Shown here piece by piece: positions 50,501 to 50,788 of a stretch of 50,788 nt of DNA (position 1 is the stretch's first letter; each line of letters begins with the position of its first letter). The DNA lies in the IMG/VR virus record IMGVR_UViG_3300030102_006999, one strand, 5' to 3'. Under the pieces are notes generated by a model. That model was not told the origin of the DNA. It did no database searches and worked only from the letters and a program-made list of their open reading frames with translations. A program made the translations under genes and the position numbers. The stretch is from an uncultured virus (IMG/VR IMGVR_UViG_3300030102_006999). Lineage: Duplodnaviria > Heunggongvirae > Uroviricota > Caudoviricetes.

Positions 50501-50788
50501 TTTAAACTCAAATACTGATTATTATTACATATTTAGGGCTGTAGACATACATGGAAATGTCTCTAATCCTACAGAGGTTAGAAAAATTAGAATAGTAGAA
50601 AATGATGGCGTAGTTTACCCTTTGATGGAAATATATCAAATGAAAAAAATAATGCCACAGACAACATCAAAAAAATGTAAAAAACTACTTAATATTGTAC
50701 CGAGGTTTACGCAGACTTTAATTGACGTGTCCAAGTCAGACATAGGGGATGGCTTGAGTGCCAAAAACGTCAAGAGGGTCTCACTTGG
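47541..50788 (+). CDS. Large (>1082 aa) protein with FN3-like motifs, truncated by the window end
   Basis: GGGAGG SD; ATG 47541 overlaps the previous TAA; frame open wherever spot-checked to the end. YIDTQVKYGKKYTYRASAY (48897) and FIDNLNSNTDYYYIFRAVDIHGNVS (50490). Absent from the ORF track, consistent with having no stop. Confidence 0.85.
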   Translation, partial: MPQYKKNVYVLSSIYEGSIDGIRNAVGNYWTGATFFPDYGDLVKNNTSPQLKKKVKKVNSIKIIPRKTKIKNLKKFPFLETKHDFEMYADKSLYEDDTAWIRYIENICNPAIVYMDLCFDVENPIASGEFEVQNFSPSMVYEKAEFKYNYYSRLYELTTDNSRTKENILPNLYMFLLSREDETNDKFFQALTAGGELEKSAIRSVRVGKEDEFPEYFEVFGAAQRSMSIEKIENIASKSKNIIFDTKSEEIFKQAEDLATSFPMQVALEFSADAATEFTEALSDSCLETSLISYLSLLPRNPTPEEQAKFFIKEEPMERFFEEITPSIDDDPSQTTVNSSSSNVKIIDIQKWMKKIAKNKKIVRSKNTSIIGQKSKADMASAFEKMMYMIIFSGKLKGMIDKYHRSYTDISDGEKSYSETFCYKIEKFSETTGSEPIQTIWLPNSNKLEVIKYIDTQVKYGKKYTYRASAYQFVIGSEYRYCDLNFPDTYDAPSNISDTLVQNGQVPEIDFSNTTARSSAIEEPMPILNLEKDYSRYLTNSEIFAEHADELADRPVFYYSSNTEEIRKYIKSFQDYNILVGHLRGVQAIRSDLPPLPAYYDNTKTIFNIFRNQLSSMKEKINGFLERFNDSYIPSLESQEKRDSLKIIGDDLRKATGWIALMDTFYLTYEQKMREFSEKLDALDTSRDTDTRLAYDRMNEIVEETKNLSIQFSKYYDDLYDILYKYRVINESKPTEMRPALQAMIKNANASTNTVATTNFGAMQSLEPGQSGMFATVPADAVDKRDYGEIEEEETDLTVEGLGQEVKRPKFFISTDKKIFKTKYANRLYVVAKKRESVNDDKYFKASLSVKVQPSIKIAEVPFFETTGVISDNPPVPPEVTMVPYRGVKDKVLINLNTAVGKYEMMPITFNRLEELKVEEIRESKRLPPNSKITYSTDDRVEAFEIYRLDRPPEKIEDFANNLRKYLETDVDSLTLQKASSASFIDNLNSNTDYYYIFRAVDIHGNVSNPTEVRKIRIVENDGVVYPLMEIYQMKKIMPQTTSKKCKKLLNIVPRFTQTLIDVSKSDIGDGLSAKNVKRVSL

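Noticed and set aside
1..50788. Stop-codon reassignment, introns, inteins, DGR or transposases
   Set aside because: Genes tile densely in the standard code, with TAA, TAG and TGA all used as stops; no RT, Hint, homing-nuclease or transposase motifs seen.
1..50788. Bacterial chromosome with a capsule locus, or a eukaryotic giant virus
   Set aside because: Single-strand gene layout, gp25/gp6/gp5-like genes, a phage sigma, sigma70 promoters and SD sites, and no housekeeping operons all point to a tailed phage. Basic tails such as KWKRKKRR are not evidence of nuclear localisation.

Overview
AT-rich, densely coding segment with every credible gene on the + strand. It is best read as part of a large, probably contractile-tailed (myovirus-like) bacteriophage genome. 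1-4.1 kb: acidic, probably head-associated proteins, including a ligase-like/nucleotidyltransferase fusion. 4.1-4.85 kb: a regulatory block made of a sigma70-like promoter, a 141-nt G-free TAATCA repeat array, a Fis-like HTH gene, a perfect sigma70 promoter and a ~175-nt rod-shaped RNA with 6S-RNA-like features (the top finding). 5-12 kb: accessory genes (LpxH/PlcP-like phosphoesterase, fatty-acid hydroxylase, tRNA-Ile2/Met(CAT), tRNA-Arg(TCT), ClpP-like protease, cytidyltransferase, PIN-PhoH, zincin, Cas4-like nuclease). 12-18.3 kb: a glycosylation cluster with two GT4 enzymes, NeuA, NeuB, two DUF115/Maf-like transferases, a dioxygenase and a HAD phosphatase. 18.3-20 kb: FmdB zinc ribbon and a phage sigma factor. 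20-50.8 kb: baseplate/tail module (gp5-like M15 peptidase, spike, gp25, gp6, LamG proteins including a 3443-aa giant) and a final >1082-aa ORF that runs off the window. All product calls come from motif recognition by eye, not database searches. Two 10-N gaps (8493-8502, 40983-40992) look like assembly artefacts.
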